Of a stretch of 64,000 nt of DNA, positions 19,225 through 28,073 are shown one piece after another (the first letter of the stretch is position 1; every line of letters begins with the position of its first letter). A model generated the notes under the pieces. It was not told the DNA's origin and ran no database searches. It saw only the letters and a program-made list of their open reading frames with translations. The DNA is from Flavobacteriales bacterium (GTDB lineage Bacteria; Bacteroidota; Bacteroidia; Flavobacteriales_F; PHOS-HE28): the NCBI GenBank assembly GCA_046595075.1, contig JBKJPT010000164.1, forward strand, positions 4,216 through 68,215. Reading direction: 5' to 3'. A program made the translations under genes and the position numbers.

Positions 19225-19961
19225 CAGCCATCGCATTGGAACAGCAGCGCCGCGATCGCACCACGGGGATCATCACCACCGTGATCTTCCACGTGCTGCT
19301 GCTCATACTCTTCCTCTTCATCGGCCTGAAGCAGTTCGATCCACCATTGCAAGAGACCATGATCCCGTTGGAAATGCTGGAGAGCGCTGGTGGGTTGGAT
19401 GGGGGAATGAACGATCCAAATAGCGGTGGCGGACAACCCGCAGCAGCACCAGAAAGCGAGCAACCCGAAGAAGTGGCCACTGAGGAAGAAAGCGAAGTGG
19501 AAATTGTAGAACCGGTGAAACCCGCCAAGCCTAGGCAGGAAACTCCCAAGCCTGCGAAGCCCGATCCCAACGCGCTCTTCAACCCCTCGGACAACCCCGG
19601 TCCGGCAACCGAAGGCCCACCGGGCGATGGACCAGGACCCAACAAAACTCCGGGCGGTGGAGGCGTTGGCAAATTCCATGGTACAGGCTTCGAAGGAGAA
19701 CTCAATGGTCGTGGATTGGCCACAGTGCCAAGTTTTCGCAATGACAATACCGATGCAGGTGTCGTAGCAGTGGACATCAAAGTGGACGCCACGGGGAAAG
19801 TGATCTACGCCAAGGGCAAGCTCGATCGCCCTACAACGACCACCTCGCGCCAATTGCACCAATTGGCCGAGGGCTACGCCAAGCAGTTCAAGTTCTCGGC
19901 ACGGCAGGGATCCGGACTTGACCAAGTAGGCTACATCGTTTTCGTCTTCACACTGAAGTAA
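19221..19961 (+). CDS. tonB: energy transducer TonB-like protein
   Basis: 246 aa. N-terminal TM segment, long Pro/Glu/Gly-rich linker, C-terminal globular domain. Last gene of the exbB-exbD-exbD operon, with a 4-nt overlap. Confidence 0.65.
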   Translation: MTAIALEQQRRDRTTGIITTVIFHVLLLILFLFIGLKQFDPPLQETMIPLEMLESAGGLDGGMNDPNSGGGQPAAAPESEQPEEVATEEESEVEIVEPVKPAKPRQETPKPAKPDPNALFNPSDNPGPATEGPPGDGPGPNKTPGGGGVGKFHGTGFEGELNGRGLATVPSFRNDNTDAGVVAVDIKVDATGKVIYAKGKLDRPTTTTSRQLHQLAEGYAKQFKFSARQGSGLDQVGYIVFVFTLK

Positions 19962-19962
19962 A

Positions 19963-21180
19963 GTGACCTACGCGGAGACGCTAGCGTACCTCTACGCGCA
20001 GCTCCCCATGTTCCAGCGCATCGGGCAGGCGGCTTACAAAGCCGATCTCGCCAACACCCACGCGCTCATGGACCTGCTTGGCCATCCCGAGCAGGGACTG
20101 CGTTGTGTGCATGTGGCCGGCACCAACGGCAAGGGCAGCACCTGCTCGCTCATTGCCAGTGTGCTCCAAGAAGCGGGTTATAAAGTGGGACTGCACACCT
20201 CACCGCACCTGAAGGATTTCCGCGAACGCTTCCGCATCAATGGCACCATGGTGAGCGAAGAAGCGGTGATGCGTTTCGTGCATCAACACCGCGGTGGCTT
20301 CGAACCCATCAATGCTTCCTTCTTCGAATGGGGCGTGGCCTTCGCGCTGTGGTGGTTCCGCGAAGAACAGGTGGACATAGCCGTGATCGAGACCGGCATG
20401 GGCGGAAGGTTGGACAGCACCAACGTGATCACACCGGATGTGAGCGTGATCACCAACATCAGTTGGGACCACATGCAGTTCTTGGGCAGTTCATTGGAAG
20501 CGATCGCGAGAGAGAAGGCCGGGATCATCAAAGAAGGCGTTCCAGTGGTAGTCGGCGAAGCAATGGGTGAAATTGAAGTCGTATTGCTCGGTACAGCCGA
20601 GCAAATGCACGCGCCAGTGATCCATGCAGCACAGGGACCCGGGGCGATCCTGCCGTGTGGCTTGCGCGGAAACTATCAAGAAGCGAACAAGCGCACCGCG
20701 TTCGCTTCGGTCACGGAGCTGAAGGAACGCGGCTGGAAGATCGACAACCACGCGATCATGAATGGTTACATCAACGTGGTTGCCAACACGGGGATCCGCG
20801 GTCGATGGGAGGTGCTTTCCAAAGAACCGCTGAACGTCGCCGACGTGGCGCACAACGTAGATGGCTTCCGCGTAGTGAAGGAGATGATCACGAGCGTTGC
20901 CCACGAGCAGTTGTACATCGTGCTGGGGATGGTGGCCGATAAGGACATCGGACCAGCGCTGGCCATGCTGCCCCAGCACGCCACCTACTACTTCTGCAAA
21001 GCCGACATCCCGCGTGGCCTGGATGCAGAAAAATTGATGAACACTGCAGCTGACTTTGGGCTGAAAGGGCACAGCTGCCCTTCGGTGCCAGAAGCGTTCG
21101 CTGCCGCGAAAAGCGCCGCCACCCCCAGAGACCTAGTGCTTGTTACGGGTAGCGTCTTCGTTGTTGCAGACGTGCTCTGA
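19963..21180 (+). CDS. folC: bifunctional folylpolyglutamate synthase / dihydrofolate synthase
   Basis: GTNGKGST P-loop and the Mur-ligase-family layout. 405 aa. GTG start. Confidence 0.85.
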   Translation: MTYAETLAYLYAQLPMFQRIGQAAYKADLANTHALMDLLGHPEQGLRCVHVAGTNGKGSTCSLIASVLQEAGYKVGLHTSPHLKDFRERFRINGTMVSEEAVMRFVHQHRGGFEPINASFFEWGVAFALWWFREEQVDIAVIETGMGGRLDSTNVITPDVSVITNISWDHMQFLGSSLEAIAREKAGIIKEGVPVVVGEAMGEIEVVLLGTAEQMHAPVIHAAQGPGAILPCGLRGNYQEANKRTAFASVTELKERGWKIDNHAIMNGYINVVANTGIRGRWEVLSKEPLNVADVAHNVDGFRVVKEMITSVAHEQLYIVLGMVADKDIGPALAMLPQHATYYFCKADIPRGLDAEKLMNTAADFGLKGHSCPSVPEAFAAAKSAATPRDLVLVTGSVFVVADVL

Positions 21181-21212
21181 AACAGGCTTCTATATTTGCC
21201 GCCCGTTCTTTT

Positions 21213-21287
21213 GGAGGCATAGCTCAGCTGGTTCAGAGCATCTGCCTTACAAGCAGAGGGTCGCTGGTTCGAATCCGGCTGCCTCCA
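21213..21287 (+). tRNA. tRNA-Val (anticodon TAC)
   Basis: GGAGGCATAGCTCAGCTGGTtcAGAGCATCTGCCTTACAAGCAGAGGGTCGCTGGTTCGAATCCGGCTGCCTCCA. Cloverleaf: the acceptor stem GGAGGCA pairs with TGCCTCC, and the anticodon stem tctgc pairs with gcaga around the loop CTTACAA. T-loop GGTTCGAATCC. Confidence 0.85.
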
Positions 21288-21324
21288 CCCTCACCCCTAG
21301 CACCAGCTACGGGATCGACATTTT

Positions 21325-21402
21325 GGGATGTTAGCTCAGCTGGTTTAGAGCGCGTGCTTCACACGTACGAGGTCACTGGTTCGAATCCAGTACGTCCCAC
21401 CA
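21325..21402 (+). tRNA. tRNA-Val (anticodon CAC), with genomically encoded CCA
   Basis: GGGATGTTAGCTCAGCTGGTTTAGAGCGCGTGCTTCACACGTACGAGGTCACTGGTTCGAATCCAGTACGTCCCACCA. Anticodon loop TTCACAC. T-loop GGTTCGAATCC. Confidence 0.8.
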
Positions 21403-21436
21403 AAGCCCCTGTTGATCAGGGGCTTTGTCGTTTTTG
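21403..21436 (+). terminator. Rho-independent terminator after the tRNA-Val pair
   Basis: aaagcccctgttgatcaggggcttt hairpin followed by gtcgttttt. Confidence 0.7.
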
Positions 21437-21614
21437 GATGTATGGTTCAGCGCATCTAGCTTCTGCCGATCCACCCCTGCGCACCCCCGTGCTCCACCGC
21501 CGCTCCCAGCCTGGCTCAGTTTGGGATATTTTCATTTTGTTCATCTTTTTAATAATTATCTTAGACAACGTTCCCTTCCTTTGTGCTGTCAAGAGAGTCA
21601 AACACATCCCAACC

Positions 21615-22124
21615 GTGTCAACCATTGAATTCCAGCAGCAGCTCGTCGGTCTTCGCCAACAGCTCTACTATTTCGCCCTAAGCCTTACCAAGGACCGCGA
21701 CAACGCGTTGGACCTGGTGCAGGAAAGCCTAACACGTGCCTTGCTGTACAGGGACAAGTTCCGCGACAACACCAACTTCAAGGCATGGGTGTACACCATA
21801 GTGAAGAACCACTTCATCAACGGCCACCGGCGCAACAAGCGCACCCTGACCTTGATGGAGAATATGGGCCGCAGTACCAATGAAGCCTACACCGCCCGTG
21901 CACCTTACAATGCGGAAGGTAGGATCCAGATGGCCGAGATCCAACGTAGTTTGGAACACTTGGACCCTACCTTCCGCAAGCCGTTCATCATGCACCACGA
22001 AGGCTACAAGTACAACGAGATCGCGACGCACCTTTCCATTCCGATCGGAACGGTGAAGAGCAGGATCTTCGAAGCAAGATTGCGGCTGAAGCACATGCTC
22101 ACAGATACACCTGCAAAAGATTGA
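21615..22124 (+). CDS. RNA polymerase sigma-70 factor, ECF subfamily
   Basis: Sigma70 region 2 (LVQESLTRALLYRDKFRDNTNFKAWVYTIVKNHFINGHRR) and region 4 (EGYKYNEIATHLSIPIGTVKSRIFEARLRL). The ORF-track version (21354..) overlaps tRNA-Val. The likely start is the GTG at 21615; there is no in-frame ATG after the tRNA until late in the gene. The stop overlaps the crtI start. Confidence 0.75.
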   Translation: MSTIEFQQQLVGLRQQLYYFALSLTKDRDNALDLVQESLTRALLYRDKFRDNTNFKAWVYTIVKNHFINGHRRNKRTLTLMENMGRSTNEAYTARAPYNAEGRIQMAEIQRSLEHLDPTFRKPFIMHHEGYKYNEIATHLSIPIGTVKSRIFEARLRLKHMLTDTPAKD

Positions 22125-23608
22125 GCAAGCGCATCATCGTCATTGGTTCGGGTTTCGCAGGTCTTGCTGCAGCGGCATCGCTGGCGCAAAAGGGCCATGC
22201 CGTAACGGTGGTGGAAAAGAACGCCGAACCCGGCGGCAGGGCACGCGTGTGGAAGAAGGATGGGTTCACCTTCGACATGGGGCCGAGCTTCTATTGGATG
22301 CCGGAGGTGTTCGAACGGTTCTTCGCACGATTCGGCGAACGTGTGAAGGACCAGTATGACCTGGTGCGTTTGGACCCGTCGTACACCATCGTTTTCGGCC
22401 CCGGCGTGGAATGGTCGATCCCAGCCAACAAGCACGAACTACGCTCCTTTTTCGAGCGTACGGAAAAGGGGGCTGCGGCTAAGCTTGATACGTTCCTTGC
22501 CGATGCCAAGTTGAAGTACGACCTGGGCATGGGCGAACTGGTGTACAAACCAGGGCTCAGCTGGTCGGAATACGCGCACCTTGGGGTTATCACCGGCTTG
22601 TTCCGCACGCGGATATTCCGATCCTTGCGCAAGCATGTGCGTGCCCACTTCAAGGACGAGCGCTTGCGCTCGCTGATGGAATTTCCCGTGCTCTTCCTCG
22701 GAGCCGCTCCACAGAACACACCAGCGTTGTACACGTTGATGAACTACGCCGACCTGGAATTGGGCACTTGGTACCCAATGGGTGGTATGGGGAACGTGGT
22801 GGATGCCATGGTGAAGTTGGCCATGCGGCAGGGCGCCACCTTCCGGATGAGCGCATCCGTGGAACGGATCGATGTGAACGAAAAAGGCCAGGTGACCGGT
22901 GTCATTACCGCAACAGGAAAGATCGACGCTGACATGGTAGTGGCCACAGCAGACTACCACCATGTGGAGCAGACCATGCTTCCCGTAGGTTACAGGACCT
23001 ATACAACAGACTATTGGAAGCGTCGCACAATGGCACCTTCTACATTGATGTTCTTCCTCGGCTTCGATCGGCGGTTGGAAAAGCTGGAGCATCATACCCT
23101 GTTCTTCGATGAGCCGCTTGATCCGCACTCGGCTGACATCTACGATAAGCCTCAATGGCCGAGGCGACCATTGTTCTACATCAGTTGCAGCAGCCGAACC
23201 GACACAGACGTGGCTCCCACAGGAATGGACAACATGGTGGTGTTGATCCCTATTGCACCGGGACTGCAAGACACCGATCAGATCCGCGAGCAGTACTTCA
23301 ACATCATCATGGAGCGAATTGCTCGCCATCTCGGCTTTGACCCACGACCGCACATCGTGCTCAAGCGCAGCTATTGCATCAACGACCTTATCGCTGACTA
23401 CAATGCCTTCGGCGGCAACGCCTACGGCTTGGCGAACACCTTGCGCCAGACCGGTCCGCTACGCCCAAGCGTAAAGAGCAGAAAGGTGAAGGGCCTTTAT
23501 TTCGCGGGGCAGCTTACCGTGCCGGGACCGGGCGTGCCGCCAGCGTTGATCAGCGGGCAGCTCGTGGCAGATCTCATCGAACGTGAACTAGTGAACGTGC
23601 CCACATGA
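22121..23608 (+). CDS. crtI: phytoene desaturase
   Basis: N-terminal FAD-binding motif IIVIGSGFAGLAAAASLAQKGHAVTVVEKNAEPGGRA. 495 aa. TTG start overlapping the sigma-factor stop. Confidence 0.85.
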   Translation: MSKRIIVIGSGFAGLAAAASLAQKGHAVTVVEKNAEPGGRARVWKKDGFTFDMGPSFYWMPEVFERFFARFGERVKDQYDLVRLDPSYTIVFGPGVEWSIPANKHELRSFFERTEKGAAAKLDTFLADAKLKYDLGMGELVYKPGLSWSEYAHLGVITGLFRTRIFRSLRKHVRAHFKDERLRSLMEFPVLFLGAAPQNTPALYTLMNYADLELGTWYPMGGMGNVVDAMVKLAMRQGATFRMSASVERIDVNEKGQVTGVITATGKIDADMVVATADYHHVEQTMLPVGYRTYTTDYWKRRTMAPSTLMFFLGFDRRLEKLEHHTLFFDEPLDPHSADIYDKPQWPRRPLFYISCSSRTDTDVAPTGMDNMVVLIPIAPGLQDTDQIREQYFNIIMERIARHLGFDPRPHIVLKRSYCINDLIADYNAFGGNAYGLANTLRQTGPLRPSVKSRKVKGLYFAGQLTVPGPGVPPALISGQLVADLIERELVNVPT

Positions 23609-24447
23609 ACACCCTAGCCCAATATGATCGCATTTGCATGGCTGCCAGTCGGCACACCACGCACACCTACAGCACTTCGTTCTCCATGGGGATCCGCTCG
23701 TTGCACAAGCGCTTCCAAGATCCCATCCACGCGATATACGGCTTCGTGCGCTTCGCCGATGAGATCGTGGACACCTTCCACCAGCACGACAAGGCCGCGT
23801 TGCTCGCACGTTTCCGGGAGGATGCGCACCTGGCCATCCAGCAGGGCATCAGCCTGAATCCGGTACTACACACTTTCCAAACGGTGGTGAACAGGTACCG
23901 GATCGAAGCCGCGTTGTACGACACCTTCCTGGATAGCATGGCCATGGACCTCCAGGATACCGCGTATGACAAGAACACGTATGAGACCTACATCCTCGGT
24001 AGTGCCGAAGTGGTGGGCCTCATGTGCCTGCGTGTGTTCTGCGAAGGAGAAGATGCCGTATACGAGCAGCTCAAGCCCGCAGCCATGCGGCTAGGTGCGG
24101 CCTTTCAAAAGGTCAATTTCCTACGCGACCTAAAGGACGATCACCAACAACTTGGTCGCACCTATTTCCCGGATGTCGATGCAGCGAACATGAACGGCGC
24201 CACAAAAGAACGGATCGAAGCGGAGATCCAACTCGACTTCGATGCGGCGCTCGCAGGCATTCGCGCCTTGCCCAAGGGTGCCCGCTTCGGCGTATACATC
24301 GCCTACGTGTACTACCTCAATCTTTTCCGCAAGATCAAGACATTGTCTTGTGATCGGATCCTGAAGGAGCGTGTGCGCGTCCGCAACCGCAGGAAGATCG
24401 CCTTGCTCACCACCAGCTACCTGCGCCACAGCTTCGGCGCACTTTGA
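23605..24447 (+). CDS. crtB: phytoene synthase
   Basis: Squalene/phytoene synthase family (YGFVRFADEIVD..., ...AFQKVNFLRDLKDD). ATGA overlap with crtI. Confidence 0.85.
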   Translation: MNTLAQYDRICMAASRHTTHTYSTSFSMGIRSLHKRFQDPIHAIYGFVRFADEIVDTFHQHDKAALLARFREDAHLAIQQGISLNPVLHTFQTVVNRYRIEAALYDTFLDSMAMDLQDTAYDKNTYETYILGSAEVVGLMCLRVFCEGEDAVYEQLKPAAMRLGAAFQKVNFLRDLKDDHQQLGRTYFPDVDAANMNGATKERIEAEIQLDFDAALAGIRALPKGARFGVYIAYVYYLNLFRKIKTLSCDRILKERVRVRNRRKIALLTTSYLRHSFGAL

Positions 24448-24453
24448 ACCATC

Positions 24454-25020
24454 ATGGAGCCGATCACGATGGACGAGGAAGTGGTTCTGGTGGATGAGAA
24501 CGATGCACCCATCGGCTCCATGGCCAAATTGGCGGCGCATGAAGCAGGCGCGCTGCACCGTGCGTTCTCGGTGTTCTTGTTCGATGGAGAAGGACGTTTG
24601 CTACTGCAGCAGCGTGCACGCTCCAAATACCACAGCGGTGGCCTCTGGACCAACACCTGTTGTGGGCATCCGCGACCAAAGGAACCCACGTTGCTCGCAG
24701 CGCAGCGCAGGCTCATGGAAGAAATGGGGATCGATGCGATTCTCGAGTCACAGTTCACGTTCACGTACAAGGCCAGCTTCGAAAACGGCCTGCAGGAACA
24801 CGAGTTGGACCATGTGTACTTCGGCACCTGGACCCGAGGTTGCGCGCCGGATCCAAGCGAGGTAGAAGACCACCGGTACATGGCGATGCAGGAATTGGAC
24901 GCCGACATGAGCAAGCGACCAGGGCTCTACACAGCATGGCTGCGTGTGTGTTGGCCCAAAGTGATGAGCACTCATCTAACATGGATGAAGCGTATGCCGC
25001 ACCATCCGGATCCCGGATGA
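24454..25020 (+). CDS. idi: isopentenyl-diphosphate delta-isomerase, type 1 (Nudix)
   Basis: HRAFSVFLFDGEGRLLLQQRARSKYHSGGLWTNTCCGHP is a typical IDI-1 motif including the catalytic Cys. Confidence 0.85.
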   Translation: MEPITMDEEVVLVDENDAPIGSMAKLAAHEAGALHRAFSVFLFDGEGRLLLQQRARSKYHSGGLWTNTCCGHPRPKEPTLLAAQRRLMEEMGIDAILESQFTFTYKASFENGLQEHELDHVYFGTWTRGCAPDPSEVEDHRYMAMQELDADMSKRPGLYTAWLRVCWPKVMSTHLTWMKRMPHHPDPG

Positions 25021-26360
25021 CCAAGCCTCGGGTGACGATCCACTGGATGCGCAGGGATCTACGCCTTCACGATAACCATGGCCTCTGGCGGGCACTCGCC
25101 GAACATGGCGACGTGCTTCCAGTGTTCATCTTCGACAGCGACATCCTTGATCGGCTGGAAGACAAGGCGGACCGCCGTGTCGACTTCATTCACCGCACGT
25201 TGGCGGAATTGCGTCTATGCTTGCAAGAAGAAGGATCCTCGCTCTTGGTGGAGGTCGGTGACCCGCTCAGAGTATGGCGTGATCTGCTCTCTCGCTTCAC
25301 GATCACGGCTGTTACCGCCAACCATGATCACGAGCCTTATGCCCTTGCGCGCGACCGAGCAGTAGGTGAACTACTGGCCGGGGCCGGTGTTCCGTTCAGA
25401 ACATTCAAGGACATCAGCATCTTCGAACGCGCCGAGGTGATGAAGGACGACGGTGCGCCCTACACTGTTTGTACACCATACATACGTAAGTGGCGATCCC
25501 TGTTCCAGCCGCACATGGCTGATCCGCATACGAGCGAGCAATTGCTGCATCGGCTCTTCCGAAGTGCACCGCTCCCCTATCCTTCGCTGGAAGCGATCGG
25601 TTTCCGGAAAACCGACGTGGACGTGCAGCCACCTTTGCTCACCAATGAATTATTGAGCGCATACCACAACACGCGCGATATACCGGCAGTAGTCGGCACG
25701 AGCCGAATGAGCGTGAATTTGCGCTTCGGTACTGTGGGCGTGCGCGAACTGGTCCGGAGATCGTTCGATCGCTCACCCGCCTATGTCAACGAACTCATCT
25801 GGCGGGAGTTCTTCATGCAGGTGCTCTGGAACTTTCCACACCCCGAACGCGCCTTCAAGCCCGCATACGACCGGATCGAATGGCGCAACAACGAAGCAGA
25901 GTTCGAGGCGTGGTGCTTGGGCCGCACAGGCTATCCCTTGGTTGATGCGGGTATGCGAGAGCTGGCCGCCACAGGTCTTATGCACAACCGCGTGCGTATG
26001 GTAGTGGCCAGCTTCCTATGCAAGCACCTGCTCATCGACTGGCGCTGGGGCGAAGCATGGTTCGCCAGCAAGTTGCTCGACTTCGAACTGAGCAGCAACA
26101 ACGGCAATTGGCAATGGGCGGCGGGTTCCGGTTGCGATGCGGCGCCGTACTTCCGCGTGTTCAATCCCACACTGCAACTTCAACGGTTCGACCCAAGGTT
26201 AAACTATGTGAAGCAATGGGTGCCAGAGCTCGGCACGGCAAACTATGTGCAGCCCGTGATCGTTCATGAAGTAGCACGCGATCGCGCACTTGCGACCTAC
26301 AAGGCAGCATTGTCAGGTGCGAAAGCGTCGATCGACAACAGGAACGAACAAAACGCATAG
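25017..26360 (+). CDS. deoxyribodipyrimidine photolyase / cryptochrome-family protein
   Basis: The N-terminal photolyase domain (IHWMRRDLRLHDNHGL) and the C-terminal FAD-binding domain (…WREFF…GYPLVDAGMRELAATGLMHNRVRMVVASFL…NNGNWQWAAGSG…) are both present. The track ORF 24660.. is an N-terminal over-extension through idi. The start is ATG 25017, forming an ATGA overlap with idi. Confidence 0.85.
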   Translation: MTKPRVTIHWMRRDLRLHDNHGLWRALAEHGDVLPVFIFDSDILDRLEDKADRRVDFIHRTLAELRLCLQEEGSSLLVEVGDPLRVWRDLLSRFTITAVTANHDHEPYALARDRAVGELLAGAGVPFRTFKDISIFERAEVMKDDGAPYTVCTPYIRKWRSLFQPHMADPHTSEQLLHRLFRSAPLPYPSLEAIGFRKTDVDVQPPLLTNELLSAYHNTRDIPAVVGTSRMSVNLRFGTVGVRELVRRSFDRSPAYVNELIWREFFMQVLWNFPHPERAFKPAYDRIEWRNNEAEFEAWCLGRTGYPLVDAGMRELAATGLMHNRVRMVVASFLCKHLLIDWRWGEAWFASKLLDFELSSNNGNWQWAAGSGCDAAPYFRVFNPTLQLQRFDPRLNYVKQWVPELGTANYVQPVIVHEVARDRALATYKAALSGAKASIDNRNEQNA

Positions 26361-26362
26361 CC

Positions 26363-26524
26363 ATGCCACGCAAGAAGAAGGTACTGATCCTTACACAACC
26401 GGTGAAGCAAGGTCTCAAAGCCATCAAGGTTAGGTTGGACGCTCGCACCGTGATCACAATCGCCAGCCAGAAAGCGCTCGAGTTCTGGCGCCAGCGGTAT
26501 CCGAAGTTGGAAGTCATCGGATGA
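26363..26524 (+). CDS. small hypothetical ORF (53 aa, Lys/Arg-rich)
   Basis: Own translation: MPRKKKVLILTQPVKQGLKAIKVRLDARTVITIASQKALEFWRQRYPKLEVIG. Sits between the photolyase and crtZ and starts 2 nt after the photolyase stop. Below the ORF-track size cutoff. Confidence 0.3.
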   Translation: MPRKKKVLILTQPVKQGLKAIKVRLDARTVITIASQKALEFWRQRYPKLEVIG

Positions 26525-26672
26525 TCCATAGGCATTGTGCTCCGGAGGCGATCCGCGTTCGCCAGCACGCTCCTATTGTCTCCTTTCCAATCGGGGTAAC
26601 AACGGACTACTTTCGACCTTTGATCAACGAAGAGCAACGAACACTCCAGCCCGCATCATTGTTCCTTTCGGC

Positions 26673-27161
26673 ATGAACACTTGGGCCATCATCGGCATCG
26701 TTGTCAGCACAGCCTGTTCCATGGAGTTCGTGGCGTGGGCCACACACAAGTACTTGATGCATGGCTGGCTCTGGCATTTGCATTCGGACCACCACCGCAA
26801 GGACCACTACGGCTTCCTTGAACGCAATGACACCTTCTTCCTGATCTTCGCAGTACCGTCGATGACGCTCTTTATTGTCGGTAGCATCAGCGGCTTGCAC
26901 ACGCCTTGGCTTTGGATAGGCTTGGGGATCCTGATCTACGGCATCCTCTATTTCTTGGTGCACGAGGTCTTCATCCATCAACGCATCAAATGGTTGCGCA
27001 GCACCAACAAAGCGTACTTCCTCGCCATTCGCAAAGCACACAAGGCGCACCACAAGAAACTGAGCAAGGAGGATGGTGAGTGCTTCGGCATGTTGGTGGT
27101 ACCGTTCAAGTACTACATGGAGGCCAGACGAACACTGGCGCAACAGCGCGCCGCTTCCTGA
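26673..27161 (+). CDS. crtZ: beta-carotene 3-hydroxylase
   Basis: The track ORF starts at 26535; I place the real start at MNTWAII (26673). Strong similarity to CrtZ: HKYLMHGWLWHLHSDHH, ILYFLVHEVFIHQR and KAHKAHH form the fatty-acid-hydroxylase histidine boxes. Confidence 0.85.
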   Translation: MNTWAIIGIVVSTACSMEFVAWATHKYLMHGWLWHLHSDHHRKDHYGFLERNDTFFLIFAVPSMTLFIVGSISGLHTPWLWIGLGILIYGILYFLVHEVFIHQRIKWLRSTNKAYFLAIRKAHKAHHKKLSKEDGECFGMLVVPFKYYMEARRTLAQQRAAS

Positions 27162-27237
27162 TCGCACCGCACCGCTATTCTGGCTAGCGCGAAAGCATTC
27201 GTGGGACCTCGATCCACCCCACCTATTTTTGCGCGCA

Positions 27238-28026
27238 ATGAGCGAGCAGTTGCGTCAGTTGGGTAGTTACCTCGGCCATTTGGTGAAGGCACGGAGCCGC
27301 CATGGCGTGCACAGCCCGTTCGTGTACGACCTCATCGACAAGGTGTTGCGACAGCAGCCTGCCCTGTCGGAATACCTCGCCATTGAAACTCTCAGGGATG
27401 ATCTTCTGCGCAGCGAGCAGACCATCCGCGTGAACGACCTGGGCGCCGGATCGCACGTGCTCGATCTACCTGTACGACGCGTCTCGGACATTGCGCGCAC
27501 CGCGCTCAAGGGTCCGCGCCAAGCGCAATTGCTGTTCAGGCTGGCGCGCTACTTCAGGCCGAAGCAAGTAGTGGAACTCGGCACCTCCTTCGGCATCAGC
27601 ACGCTGTATTTGGCGCGTGGAGCTGATGAAGGCACGGTGCACACCATCGAAGGCTGCCCACAGACCTACCGTATTGCACTGCACCACTTCGAGCAGGCGC
27701 GCCAACGCAACATTGTACCTGTGCTCGGCAGTTTTCAACGCCGATTGCCGGAACTGCTCACCAAGATCGGTCCGCTCGACCTTGTGTTCATCGATGGGCA
27801 TCATGCCAAGCAGCCCACATTGGACTACTTCGAACAATGCCTCGCTCACGCACACGAAGACACCGTCTTCATCCTGGACGACATACACTGGAGTCGTGGC
27901 ATGGAAGAAGCATGGACCGCGCTGAAAGAGCATTCGCGCGTGACCGTGAGCGCGGACCTGTACAACATGGGCCTGCTGTTCCTGCGGAGCGGTCAGGCCA
28001 AGGAACATTTCAAGCTGCGGTACTGA
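27238..28026 (+). CDS. class I SAM-dependent methyltransferase (O-methyltransferase family 3-like)
   Basis: VVELGTSFGISTLYLA ... LDLVFIDGHHAKQ ... ILDDIHW are class-I methyltransferase motifs. Internal start at 27238 (the track ORF starts at 27073). Confidence 0.7.
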   Translation: MSEQLRQLGSYLGHLVKARSRHGVHSPFVYDLIDKVLRQQPALSEYLAIETLRDDLLRSEQTIRVNDLGAGSHVLDLPVRRVSDIARTALKGPRQAQLLFRLARYFRPKQVVELGTSFGISTLYLARGADEGTVHTIEGCPQTYRIALHHFEQARQRNIVPVLGSFQRRLPELLTKIGPLDLVFIDGHHAKQPTLDYFEQCLAHAHEDTVFILDDIHWSRGMEEAWTALKEHSRVTVSADLYNMGLLFLRSGQAKEHFKLRY

Positions 28027-28073
28027 TCGCGGGCGTCAACATGTGATGTGCACAGCTCACCGCCCGGAACCCA

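Noticed and set aside
21354-21614. N-terminal 87 codons of the track's 256-aa sigma-factor ORF
   Set aside because: This portion overlaps tRNA-Val (21325-21402) and its terminator. Sigma-70 region 2 only begins after about 21640, so the real start is later (GTG 21615).
24660-25016. N-terminal extension of the photolyase ORF (track start 24660)
   Set aside because: It runs through the idi coding region in another frame. The conserved photolyase N-terminus starts at the ATG at 25017, which forms an ATGA overlap with idi.
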